From: Octopus sinensis
Taxonomy: Eukaryota
Assembly: GCF_006345805.1 (NCBI RefSeq)
Contig: NC_043010.1
Location: forward strand, 9,858,001-9,922,000
DNA length: 64,000 nucleotides
Reading direction: 5' to 3'
In this document: positions 50,494-63,112 of the stretch, piece by piece
Layout: each line of letters starts with the position of its first letter
Numbering within the stretch: the first letter of the stretch is position 1
Position numbers and translations under genes: made by a program
The notes under the pieces: model-generated
Database searches by the model: none
Told to the model about the DNA's origin: nothing
What the model saw: the letters and a program-made list of their open reading frames with translations, nothing else

Positions 50494-51540
50494 GACACCA
50501 ACAGCTGAAGACAATCAGCGAATCTCAAGAGACTCCTAACAGAAGCAAGGTTCACATCAGGGAAGGAAATAATACAGGTAACAAACTGTGAAGACCCTTG
50601 TTGTGGGGGACATGTGAAATAATTGAACAAGAAACAACCAAATGGTTCAAGAATGGGAAAGATTTGAAAGTGAATATAAACACGAATTTCAAAGCAAAGT
50701 CTTGTCTACTGTATCATGTCCACTGTGCAATGAGAATTACATTGGAGAAACAGGGACTAAACTACAGGTTATACAGGTTACAAACTATGGAGACCCTTGC
50801 TGTTGAATATGCGATACTATTGAACGTGGAGGCGCAATGGCCCAGTGGTTAGGGCAGCGGACTCGCGGTCGTAGGATCGCGGTCGTAGGATCGCGGTTTC
50901 GATTCCTAGACCGGGCGTTGTGAGTGTTTATTGAGCGAAAACACCTAAAGCTCTACGAGGCTCCGGCAGGGGATGGTGGTGATCCCTGCTGTACTCTTTC
51001 ACCACAACTTTCTCTCACTCTTACTTCCTGTTTCTGTTGTACCTGTATTTCAAAGGGCCAGCCTTGTCACTCTCTGTGTCACACTGAATTTTCCCGAAAA
51101 CTACGTTAAGGGTAGTTCCATTGATCGGATCAACCGGAACCCTCATCGTCGTAACCGACGGAGTGCTTCTTCTTCACTATTGAACAAAGTACAACCAAAA
51201 GATTCAACAATGTGAAAGAATTGAAAGTAAATGTACACATAAATTACAAAGTAAAATATGTTGTCTTCTACGTCATATGCCCACAATGCAATGAGAATTA
51301 CATTGGAGAAACACGGACAAAACTAACCAATCTTGTAAACATGGATAAACAGAAAATTAAAGATTCCTCTCTTAGGAAAATGTTCCATGTGGTAATTCCA
51401 TGTGGTAAACATCTAGATGTTTGTGTAAGAGGAAAATTTAAAATATACCCCTTTAACAAAATAAATTATGAAAATGAACAACTATAAAAAAGGTAAAAGA
51501 ATACTGTATACGAATTCTAAATCCAAAACGAAACTGTTAA
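50494..51540 (+). pseudogene. Penelope-like element GIY-YIG endonuclease region, partially tandem-duplicated
   Basis: RQSANLKRLLTEARF..C.DPCCG/TCEIIE..FKNGK..CNENYIGETGTKL, then a second copy CD.IEQ..VVFYVICPQCNENYIGETRTKL..KHLDVC..FKIYPF..KEY.IR.LNP. Confidence 0.85.
50826..51175 (+). mobile_element. SINE family D, tail variant 1, inserted in the Penelope fragment
   Basis: 10-bp TSD actattgaac at 50816-50825 and 51176-51185. Confidence 0.92.
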
Positions 51541-52694
51541 ATAGTTGACACCATTAATAAAAACAACAATTTCTATATGCATTAGCCCAGAACACATGTG
51601 TTTGAAAAGTTGAATAACAAAAGCACTTGCACACAAAATACACACTAGACACAAAATATATGCTATGTGCAGACTTCTTCCACAAATGTTAGTGACATTC
51701 TGTTAAACAAAAAATTGTTCTAAATAGTTGCTAACTTTTTGAAAAGTCTTTTTAATATCATATATATACATATATATACACACACATACACACTCACATA
51801 TATAGATAGATAGATATAAATATTTATATATATACATACATATATATATATAAATATATATATACATATGTATATATATATATATACACACATATATATA
51901 TATGTATATACATACATATATATATGCAGTTTACACTTATGTTACTTTTGTGTGGAATTTTGTTTCCTCTCAGACATACCTTCTTTTTAACTGGCAGATT
52001 TTTTTTGAAATTTACACTTATAAGGTGACACTCCATAATAACATTTAATTGAACATTCCAGAAGGAATTGTAATTCATATTATATAAGAAGTGAACAATT
52101 CGTTTTTATGTCGGTTTCATAAATAAAATTCACAAGACTCTGAACCCTTGAGTCATTTTGTATCTTTCTGCTAATATGTATGCACACGCACGCACGTACA
52201 CACAGACACATAGATACACACACACTCACACGTGTATGAATGTGTGTGTGTGAGTTTATTCCTCCTTTTCTCTCTATGTACAAAGTAGAAAAACATATAA
52301 ATGATAACAAGTATAATAAATATATTTACATGTAAATTTGCATAGACAATTTACATAATGTTATGAAGTCCTCTCTTTACAGCTGTTTCGAATGATCAAA
52401 GGATTTTTGCCAACTGATCTACATCTGCTCTGGACTGTCTTACCCTGATGAAGAAGCTGGAGTATTGAATTCTGATCTTTCCGAGAATTTCGCGACTATT
52501 TATATAAGCATCTTATCTCTCATTAGTTTTATATATACATAGTGTATAGCAGAGCATTTATATTAATAAGCATTATTGTAACTGTAAGAGTAAATGATGT
52601 CTGTTTGCTAATCAATGCCTCAGAAAAAACTCAGGTTAGTGATGTATAGTAATAGCTGATGGTATTTTTAGTTATTACTTAGGATGATATTCTA

Positions 52695-53006
52695 TTGACT
52701 TTGAGAAAAAAATTATGTAACCACCTTTCTTCATTCCAAAATAAGGAAAAAATGAATTGTACAACTCTGAGTGGGTTCATCTGGACTTTTAATGATAATG
52801 CCACTAGTTATGATTATAAATGGGAATTTAATGATATTAGTAGGGCTTCACCATATACAATTGGAAACTCTAAGTGTAATCTATGCTGGGAAGAAATATT
52901 TCACATCTTTACCTCTAATTACAGGTTATTAATTCACAGAAATGAATTAGCTCTAAAATGGGCACATTCATTTAGAAAAGTATTAAAATACTTATCAAAT
53001 TTTTAA
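52695..53006 (+). pseudogene. C-terminus of a second, different Penelope-like endonuclease
   Basis: NHLSSF..NCTTLSGFIW..WE..ASPY..CNLCWEE..LL..RNEL..KWAH resembles H..SF..N.T.LS.YIW..W.I..A.PY..C.LC..EK..LLN.R.EL..KCRH. Confidence 0.65.
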
Positions 53007-53363
53007 TTGGATATCATGCAGGTAGAAGTGCATAGTCAAATAATCATAAATCTACTCTCTTTAGATGTTAACAATCTCACAATAAACATCTAAATTATAG
53101 GGTTTTTTGTGGATTGAGACTAAATAGGATTAGAATTTCAACATATCTTACTCATCCTAATCAATATTACACTTCTTATTTTCAAAAAAAGTATAAAACT
53201 TTATTTCTATGGACTAATTTTAATATCTTTTAAATTTTTCTATCTAGCTTATATGATATCATTTTATCCACATTTTGAGAGGCCAGTAATATGAATGCAT
53301 TCTGACCTAATTTAGGCTTCTTTCTACTATTTAGTATATATTATACTCTATTTATTCCCTTAA

Positions 53364-53582
53364 CCCTTTAGTGTTCAGATTATTCTATCAAACATAATGC
53401 TTATTGATTCCCATTGATTTGAATTAATCATGCATTATCTCATATCTTCAAGATCTTGATGGCGTAATTACTTAATGTAGAATAACATTGTAGGGTAGGT
53501 GTGAGAGCCTGGATCTGGTCAGTTTGAACATAAAACAGATTAGCTATTTTGGCCAGATATGGTCGGTTTAAATACTAAAGGG
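53364..53582. mobile_element. piggyBac-type MITE (219 bp)
   Basis: TTAA on both sides; TIRs CCCTTTAGTGTT / AATACTAAAGGG (11/12 match). Confidence 0.85.
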
Positions 53583-54099
53583 TTAAATTCAAAAAAGGTC
53601 ATTTTAAATTTAAATGATACCAGAACTATAGTCCTATCACATTTCCAAGCACTCTCTACTGATATGTACCCTAACGTTTTATGATGCATCTGCTAGATTA
53701 TCCCTTAAAGACTATCAAACACTTGAACCCTCAGTTCACTTCACCTAACCATGTAGGTAAATCCTTGAACAAAGCTGCATAGAAATTTCTACCTTGGATG
53801 AAAATGTACTGTAACTGGATTAACTAAATGCATATAAATGCTATATCAAAAGACATTGGGACACTTATCCAGCAGAAATACTTGTTGGATTGGAATTTAA
53901 TGAGTACAATAGTGTAATAAACAAGATGTATAATTCTCCCCTCTTCTTTATGATATCTTGACTTTGAAATTATATTTCCAATCACATATACTACCACAAA
54001 TATTATTTTAGCAAGTTAAGTTTAAAGTGATTTCTTTTGTGCTGTAGACCATTTACCATTTCTGTGATGCCCCCACTTCCTTCAATGCCCTAAGCAGAT

Positions 54100-54216
54100 G
54101 CTTATTTTGAGCCATGGTTAATCCAATGCCGGCTCTCCCTGTGCATGCAACAATGTGCTGCCATCTGTTGGTGCACTACAGAACAAGTCTGCCAACATTT
54201 TGATACCTCCCTCATA
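54100..54216 (-). mobile_element. Possible mariner-like element end
   Basis: The reverse complement starts TATGAGGGAGGTATCAAAATGTT..GCACCAACAGATGGCAGCAC, typical of mariner left ends; no partner end seen. Confidence 0.4.
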
Positions 54217-54804
54217 AATTATACAAAATGCTTTTATTCCCTCGTGGGTTTTAGTATTTGGACTATAATCATACCAAGATACCATTTCCAGATGTTTTAA
54301 TTTTAATGACCAAAATGACAATGGTTTTAGACTTAAAGACAGAACTGCACTGCCCTTGTTTCTTGAAATCATAAAATAGCAATAGTAACAACAACAAAAA
54401 TATAAATCTATGAATTTGAATCAGAGCTGGATTGAGTGCAGCTCCTTAGAGAGAGCAGATATTGCATATCAACTAAATACATTGAACTGATAGGCAAAAA
54501 TGTATATATTTTTTAAAAATCAAAGCAGGTAATTCTTTGTTCTATGGATTATTAATTAATTATTAATGGAGCTATTCTGTGTAACAACCGTTATTATTGT
54601 TCAGAACACAGAAAAGAGTGGTTAAGTAGAGACACACACACACATACACACACATGCAAATGTATATATTTTATATGCATATATACAGACAGAGAGGAGA
54701 GAAGAAATAGCATGAGGAAAAAAGACTATGCTCTCTTTCTGTCTCCCCTTCTCTCCTTATCTTTCTCATCCACTCACTCACTCACTCACTCACTTACTTA
54801 CTCT

Positions 54805-54807
54805 CTG

Positions 54808-54839
<32 letters not shown>

Positions 54840-54913
54840 CACACACAGACGCACAGACACATTGAGAGAGAGAGAAGGAGAGCTTTCTGTCTTTCTTCCT
54901 TTCTATCTTTCTT

Positions 54914-54980
<67 letters not shown>

Positions 54981-55045
54981 GACGCACAAACACATTGAGA
55001 GAGAGAGAGAGAAGGAGAGCTTTCTGTCTTTCTTCCTTTCTATCT

Positions 55046-55113
<68 letters not shown>

Positions 55114-55194
55114 CACACACATAGACGCACATTGAGAGAGAGAGAGAGAGAGAGACAGAGAAAGAGAAAGATAGAAAGGAAGAAAGACAGAAAG
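54805..55194. repeat. ~140-bp tandem unit built from (CT)(TA)(CA)(GA) runs, with a terminal inverted core
   Basis: About 2.5 tandem copies; ctttctgtctttcttcctttctatct reappears inverted at ~55167-55194. Confidence 0.85.
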
Positions 55195-55825
55195 AAAGAG
55201 CATGATTAATAATGGAAAGTAAAGAGAGAAGTTAGTCATCACCAGATTAGCAGATAGTCCAAATTTTAGTCAATGGAAACATAGAGTAAAAGGCAGAGAG
55301 AGAGAGAGAGAGGAGTGGGGGTGGGGGAAAGCTTACTTACTCCAGATTAAACATAATAGATGGTGGAAAACAGGAAACAAGATGGCTGATGTAAGCGTTG
55401 CAAACAAACTCTTTTCTTTCAGAAATGTATGTTTTTTTTCAACTAGATATACCACAGTTGAGTTATGGCAACTCTTTTATAGTACCTTCTATCTAAATAT
55501 CACACGGAATATTTCTCCTAAACTTTAGAAATTTCAAATTGTATATATTCTACCTGTATTTCTCTGAAGCTTATATACAAAGTAAAACAGCTAAAACACT
55601 TGTTTACCTTTGCTTGATTTCTCTCTATTCCACGTTTTATATAATCATTGTCATCACCATCGCCGTCCTCATCATCATCGTCATCATCATCACCAATACC
55701 GCTACCACCTTCCCCATCTTACATTCATTAACACACATGCACATACAAATGCATACAGGACAACTAGCCAGGTATATTAAAGTTCAATATAGTACATCAT
55801 GTTAAACTCTGAAAATTCCCATATA

Positions 55826-56239
55826 GGCTCAGGAGTGGCTGTGTGGTAAGTAGCTTGCTTACCAACCACATAGTTTCAGGTTCAGTTCCACTGCGTGGCA
55901 TCTTGGGCAAGTGTCTTCTGCTATAGCCCCGGGCCGACCAATGCTTTGTGAGTGGATTTGGTAGACAGAAACTGAAAGAAGCCTGTCGTATATATGTATA
56001 TATATATATATGTGTTTGTCTATATATTTGTGTGTCTGTGTTTGTCCCCCTAGCATTGCTTGACAACTGATGCTGGTGTGTTTATGTCCCCGTCACCTAG
56101 CGGTTCGGCAAAAAGAGACCGATAGAATAAGTACTGGGCTTACAAAGAATAAGTCCCGGGGTCGATTTGCTCGACTAAAAAGGCGGTGCTCCAGCATGGC
56201 CGCAGTTAAATGACTGAAACAAGTAAAAGAGTAAAAGAG
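55826..56239 (+). mobile_element. SINE family A, full length
   Basis: Family A consensus. Confidence 0.9.
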
Positions 56240-56512
56240 AATATACACAGTTGAAAATACTTTAGAAAAGGCTATAACGGTTGAATTGAGCAAAACACAA
56301 AAGTTCTTAGTGATGTGTTTCCTGCATGTCATATGATTATAACTATATAGTTATAATTGTTTCGTTTGGGGATTTGGTTTGCAAGATTCTTTATATGAGT
56401 TCGTGTGTTGAAGCATATTTTGTTGTGTCTGAGGAGAGTCATTTTCTTTTTGTGCCTTATAATTTAACACACTCACCGGTAAAATTTCCACTTATTTCTT
56501 ATTTTCATTTTC

Positions 56513-56550
56513 CTAAAATTTTCGTTGCGTCTTGCAACCTTTTCAATAGT
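56513..56550 (-). ncRNA. Highly degenerate minimal hammerhead-like motif
   Basis: CTA-TTGAAAA-G-GTTGC-AAGAC-GCAAC-GAAA-AT-TT-TAG; correct geometry but two core substitutions. Confidence 0.3.
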
Positions 56551-56576
56551 CTTGTTACTTTATAATAATGTTATGT

Positions 56577-56885
56577 GATCACGTGATCACATGACCGACC
56601 AGTCCATCAGATGTAGTTACACATCGCTGGTCACAATGCGTTCGCATTGTTTTAGCCTTCGAATGACGCCACCCCGCTGGCTAAGCGAGCAGGCCAACAG
56701 AAGAAAGAGTGAGAGAAAGTTGTGGTGAAAGAGTACAGCAGGGATCACCACCCCCTGCCGGAGCATCGTGGAGCTTTTAGGTGTTTTCGCTCAATAAACA
56801 CTCACAACGCCCGGTCTGGGAATTGAAACCGCAATCCTACGACCGCGAGTCCGCTGCCCTAACCACTGGGCCATTGTGCCTCCAC
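56577..56885 (-). mobile_element. SINE family D, tail variant 2
   Basis: 15-bp TSD ataataatgttatgt at 56562-56576 and 56886-56900. Confidence 0.92.
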
Positions 56886-57505
56886 ATAATAATGTTATGT
56901 AAAGCAGCAATTTGGCAGAATTGATAGTGTACTGCACAAAAATACTTAGCAGGATCGCTTCTGGCTTTATGTTCTCAATTCAAATGTTGCCAAGATTAAC
57001 TTTGCCTTTCATTCTTTCGGGGTCAAGAAAACAAGTACTAGTTGAACAGTGGGGTCTATATGATCCTCTTACCTCCTCTTCTGAAAATGTTGGTCTTATG
57101 CCAAAATTTGAAAGAGGTTATAATCTTATGTAACTGTTACTGAAACAGCTGTAGAAACGAAGATTTTGAAGCATCACTGGTTTTGTTTCCTGTTCTTTCA
57201 AATATGTCTATGTGTGCACAAATATAGGTGTGGTGTTGAGAAGTCTGCTGCTCAACTATATGGTTTCAACTTCTGCCCCCACAGCATGGCTCCTTATACA
57301 AGTACTCTTCTACTATAGCCATGGGCTGGACAATGCATGAAAACATAGGTGTGAAATGAAACAAATGAATACACATTCATATGTGTGTGTGTGTATGTAC
57401 ATATATATATATATGTATACATATATACATACATATATTATATATTTTATGTATTGATAAGTCTTTCCTTGTTTGTTTTGCAAAATAGTGGTTTTGTCTC
57501 AAATA

Positions 57506-57588
<83 letters not shown>

Positions 57589-58774
57589 GATGAGTTTCTT
57601 TTAGTTTCTGTCTACAAATCTACTCACAAGGCTTTGGTCGGCCCGAGGCTATAATAGAAGACACTTGCCCAAAGTGCCATGCAGTGGAAATGAACCCAGA
57701 ACCATGTGGTTGGTAAGTAAGCTACTTACCACACAGCCATATATATATATATATATATACATATTATTGGACACACATACACAATGTTTGTGCTTTACCA
57801 TTTTAACGTGGTGGAGGCAACCCACTCAAATCACTAAGTGTTAAAACACCTGAAAATCATAGTCATAGATAGGTGAGGCAACTCACCCCAAGTCCCATTC
57901 AGGAGTGATGGATATCAATATTTCACCATTTCTGTGGCATATCAACATCAAATACCTGAACCAAACTGGAGGTAAATTGAATAGCTTGTCCATGGCTATA
58001 TGAAAAATGATATAAAAACCACCTGCTGGTATGCCTGAAAAATGCTTACACAGGAATAAATTCAAATACGAATTAGAAGCTTTGTGCCTGTAGTAGAAAG
58101 GTTGTGAGCTGGCAGAATTGTCAACATGCCAAGGAAAATGCTTAGCAGTATTTTGTATATCGTTACATTCTGAGTTCAAATTCTGCTGAGATCAACTTTG
58201 CCTTTCATCCTTTTGGAGTTGTTAAACTAAGTACCAGTTGAGCACTAAGACTGATCATATAGACCCCACTGTTCAACTAGTACTTGTTTTCTTGACCCCG
58301 AAAGAATGAAAGGCAAAGTTAATCTTGGCAACATTTGAATTGAGAACATAAAGCCAGAAGCGATCCTGCTAAGTATTTTTGTGCAGTACACTATCAATTC
58401 TGCCAAATTGCTGCTTTACATAACATTATTATGTGGAGGCACAATGGCCCAGTGGTTAGGGCAGCGGACTCGCGGTCGTAGGATTGCGGTTTCAATTCCC
58501 AGACCGGGCGTTGTGAGTGTTTATTGAGCGAAAACACCTAAAAGCTCCACGATGCTCCGGCAGGGGGTGGTGATCCCTGCTGTACTCTTTCACCACAACT
58601 TTGTAACTGAATTATGGAAGTCCACCTGAAGATTGTCGATCAAGACAAGAAACGATTGTAGTGGCGGTTTTTTTGACTATTTATTAATTTTATGTATTGA
58701 TTAAGTTTCCTTGTTTGTTTTGCAAAATAGTGGTTTTGTCTCAAATAATATTTTATATATTATATAATATATAT

Positions 58775-58819
<45 letters not shown>

Positions 58820-59507
58820 ATATATATATATATATATACGATGAGTTTTTTTAGTTTCTGTCTACCAAATCTACTCACAAGGCTTTGGTCGGCCCGAGGC
58901 TATAATAGAAGACACTTGCCCAAAGTGCCATGCAGTGGAAATGAACCCAGAACCATGTGGTTGGTAAGTAAGCTACTTACCACACAGCCATATATATATA
59001 TATATATATATACATATTATTGGACACACATACACAATGTTTGTGCTTTACCATTTTAACGTGGTGGAGGCAACCCACTCAAATCACTAAGTGTTAAAAC
59101 ACCTGAAAATCATAGTCATAGATAGGTGAGGCAACTCACCCCAAGTCCCATTCAGGAGTGATGGATATCAATATTTCACCATTTCTGTGGCATATCAACA
59201 TCAAATACCTGAACCAAACTGGAGGTAAATTGAATAGCTTGTCCATGGCTATATGAAAAATGATATAAAAACCACCTGCTGGTATGCCTGAAAAATGCTT
59301 ACACAGGAATAAATTCAAATACGAATTAGAAGCTTGTGCCGTAGTAGAGAAAGGTTGTGAGCTGCAGAATTGTCAACATGCCAAGGAAAATGCTTAGCAG
59401 TATTTTGTATATCGTTACATTCTGAGTTCAAATTCTGCTGAGATCAACTTTGCCTTTCATCCTTTTGGAGTTGTTAAACTAAGTACCAGTTGAGCACTAA
59501 GACTGAT
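56716..59507. repeat. Complex local duplication: A ... B - inverted A - spacer - B'
   Basis: 58253-58602 is an apparently identical 350-bp reverse complement of 56716-57065; 58687-59507 is a near-identical direct copy of 57444-58255. Confidence 0.92.
58622..58664 (+). ncRNA. Minimal type I hammerhead ribozyme, intact core (GUA)
   Basis: CCAC-CTGAAGA-TTGTC-GATCAA-GACAA-GAAA-C-GATT-G-TA-GTGG; cleavage predicted after 58660. Confidence 0.8.
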
Positions 59508-59583
59508 GTAACTGATTTACCCCTTCCTCGAACGTGCTGGCCTTGTGTCAACATTTGAAAATGTGATAATTGTTAACATATAA

Positions 59584-59619
<36 letters not shown>

Positions 59620-60095
59620 CATTGAGTGAGAGAGCAGTGCATGCCATCAAAGTGACACTGGGGTAAAATATACGAAGCCCAATATACCCATCATGACTTC
59701 TCGTCTGATAAGGGTACACCAGGCACATGCATCACAACCATATGTGCGTGACATGGTGATCTCATATCAAGGTAAATAGCGCATGACCTTGCAGGTGGGG
59801 CCCAGTTAGAATTTTTCTTCAGGTCGAGTAGCCCATCCCGCTCAAAAGGGCCCTGAATAAGGGTTGTTTAAGGATGTTGAAAGAACCACCCATGTTTCCA
59901 GAGGTGAATTATTCAAATCCCAAAGAATCCCTCTCAACAAATTGGCTATGATGCTCCCCCACTACTTCTGCTCGTGATCAGAGATGCACATATTGTCAGC
60001 CACTAAGGGACATCCTCAACTGGTTAAAGTCAAACAACTGACTAGCAAATCTGTGGTATTGAGCAGAATATTTGCTGTAGCCCATCTTTTATACC
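59620..60095. mobile_element. Interspersed repeat F with adjacent (ATT)n
   Basis: A second partial copy lies at 2490-2690; flanked by (ATT)n on both sides. Confidence 0.7.
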
Positions 60096-60103
60096 AATCA
60101 TTA

Positions 60104-60140
<37 letters not shown>

Positions 60141-60985
60141 ATATAATATTTTTATTATTAACATATAAATATTATTATTGTTGTTGTCGCTGTTGTTATT
60201 TATAAATTTAATTTTTTTTAAAGAAAAAAATGTCCAACATATTACACACTTTACAGTGACGGTATGCTCCAGAGGAACAAAAATCTGTGACCCAATTTTG
60301 ATTACTGGTAATAATCATTTCATTTCTCTTATATATGTCATAAATGCCCTTGAGAAAAATATGGATGCCATACAATTTCATTTCCTTGTTCCATAAACCT
60401 TGCGATAATTTATTGAATCAATATATTCTTTTGAGGTATTAACGGCACAATTTATTTCTTATTTTATTTTTCTATCAGTTGCCAATGTGAAGTTATTTCA
60501 CTGTTTTCAGTATTTAGCTGTTTAGCTATTCCTTTGAGCTAGTCAACTTCTGCAACAAGCACATAAATTTCTTTTGGAGCAAGATTACAATAAATAAAGT
60601 CCCAATTGATTTGTAAACCACACCAAAGTTATGGTTAAGAATAACAAAAGTAATCTATACAAACAGCACACAAAAAAAAAAGAATCATATTTTATATTCT
60701 TTATTAATCATGCCATATTCTAATTTGCTGTTCTTGGATGAAGTGTATTAATGTGTTAGCCTCATGTTTTGTTATGTATAATTTATTTTATTTTATTTAT
60801 TTTTAATCAAAATGAAATCCATGGACTGAATATATTCACTGTTAGCAATATTTGTGATCTCATTGTTTAAATTCTGACAGCATTCAGCACAATGAAATTA
60901 GATATAAGGGAATAAAAATTAACACAGTTAACAAGCTGTTGTTGTGCTTTCATTTGAATAGGTCTGCTTGAGTGTTTATTTATCT

Positions 60986-61016
<31 letters not shown>

Positions 61017-61168
61017 TATATATATAAGGTCAAAGTTCAGACAGCTAATAAACTCTTAAAAAAGAAGCATCCCATCTTTGAATATGTCAGAACTAACTCC
61101 TTATATGTTACCTGATTATAGAAAGAACGAGTATCATAAAGAATGAAACATGTTATTTATATAATAAA

Positions 61169-61339
61169 GGCGCAGGAGTGGCTGTGTGGTAAGTAACTTG
61201 TTAACCAACCACATGGTTCCGGGTTCAGTCCCACTGCGTAGCATCTTGGGCAAGTGTCTTCTGCTATGGCCCCGGGCCGACCAATGCCTTGTGAGTGGAT
61301 TTGGTAGACGGAAACTAAAAGAAACCCGTCGTATATATG

Positions 61340-61372
<33 letters not shown>

Positions 61373-61576
61373 CTGTGTTTGTCCCCCCTAGCATTGCTTG
61401 ACAACCGATGCTGGTGTGTTTACGTCCCTGTCACTTAGTGGTTCGGCAAAAGAGACCGATAGAATAAGTACTGGGCTTACAAAGAATAAGTCCCGGGGTC
61501 GATTTGCTCGACTAAAGGCGGTGCTCCAGCATGGCCACAGTCAAATGACTGAAACAAGTAAAAGAGTAAAAGAGTA
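61169..61576 (+). mobile_element. SINE family A, full length
   Basis: Family A consensus. Confidence 0.92.
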
Positions 61577-61653
61577 ATATTCACCTTTCAGGTGATACTT
61601 TCTACTGACAAACTCGAAAAATTGCATGTAAAAACATTATTTTTTTTATTGTA

Positions 61654-62061
61654 TACTCTTTACTCTTTTACTTGTTTCAGTCATTTGACTGCAGCCATGC
61701 TGGAGCACAGCCTTTAGTCGACCAAATCGACCCCAGGACTTATTCTTTGTAAGCTCAGTACTTATTCTATCAGTTTCTTTTGCCGAACCGCTAAGATACG
61801 GTGACGTAAACACACCAACATCGGTTGTCAAGCGATGTTGGGGGGAACAAACACAGACACACAAACACACACACATACACATACATATATATACATATAT
61901 ACGACGGGCTATTTTCAGTTTCCGTCTACCAAATCCACTCACAAGGCTTTGGTCGGCCCGAGGCTATAGTAGAAGACACTTGCCCAAGGTGCCACGTAGT
62001 GAGCTGAACCTGGAACCATGTGGTTAGTAAACAAGCTACTCACCACACAGCCACTCCTGCA

Positions 62062-62105
<44 letters not shown>

Positions 62106-62510
62106 TACACATATATATACGATGGGCTTCTTTCAGTTTCCGTCTGCCAAATCCACTCACAAGTCTTTGGTCAACCCAAGGCTATAGTAGGAGACACTTG
62201 CCCAAAGTGCCATGCAGTGGGACTGAACCCGGAACCATGTGGTTGGTAAACAAGCTACTTACCACACAGCCACTCCTGCACCTTCATTATTTTATTTTTA
62301 TCTTTTACTTCATTTATTCATTTGACAGTGGCTATTCTGGAGCGCCACCTTGAATGATTTTAGCCAAACAATTTGACCCCAGTACTTGTGTTTTTTTGCA
62401 GTTGTTTTCTTTTTTTTTTAGGTTTGGCACCTATTGTACCAGTTCCTTTTGCCAAACTACTGAGTTGCTGGGATGTAAACAAACTAACACCAGTTATCAA
62501 GTATTGGAGG
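61654..62510 (-). mobile_element. SINE A full copy (61654-62063), tandem 5'-half copy (to 62283) and degenerate 3' half
   Basis: Family A consensus. Confidence 0.88.
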
Positions 62511-62600
62511 AAGAGGTTACATGCAGATGTTGAGGGCCTATATGCCCCAATATAAGACCATTTTCTTAGTCTTTGCACAGTGACTGCTTAGAAGCTTTAA

Positions 62601-62820
62601 CCCTTTCGTTACTGTATTTATTTTGAGATTCTCTGGGTTTCTTTCAATTACGTTAAATATGACAATGAATTTAGTAAAATAACTTAACTATCATTCAGCT
62701 AGTGTGAGGAACATGAATTGTGACTAAGATTTGGTGGAAGATTTTAATTCAAAACTTATGAAAACAAGACATTTGTACTCAGAGCCAGAGGCGGTTTCAG
62801 CCTGGTTGGTAACGAAAGGG
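62601..62820. mobile_element. piggyBac-type MITE (220 bp)
   Basis: TTAA on both sides; perfect 12-bp TIR CCCTTTCGTTAC / GTAACGAAAGGG. Confidence 0.9.
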
Positions 62821-63112
62821 TTAAGGTTATAAAATATGATGATGGTTAGAAAAAAGAGTAATTGATACTGCAATAGAGGTTGATAGTTTATTTTGGTTGA
62901 GTTAGTCTCTTCCTACCCTGAATTTCAATCGTGGGGGAATAGGATCTTCAGGCAAATTATGAGTTGAAATTTGCCTGAAAACCCAGTGCACCCACAGGTG
63001 AAATTCAGAACAGCAAGTGACTGATTGAATCAAAATAAATACATACTTCATATGTGTGTGTGTGTGTGCCTGTGTGCATGCATGTGTACATGGGTGTGCA
63101 TATGAACATATA

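Noticed and set aside
52371-52480. Minus-strand GAAAC-AGCT-GUA and plus-strand CTGATGA
   Set aside because: The halves are on opposite strands and neither can be completed; at most an eroded pseudo-LTR remnant.
61538-61566. SINE A 3' end agtc-aaat-gact-GAAAC-aa-GTA as a hammerhead
   Set aside because: It has a hairpin plus GAAA and GUA, but no CUGANGA and no stem I upstream in any copy.
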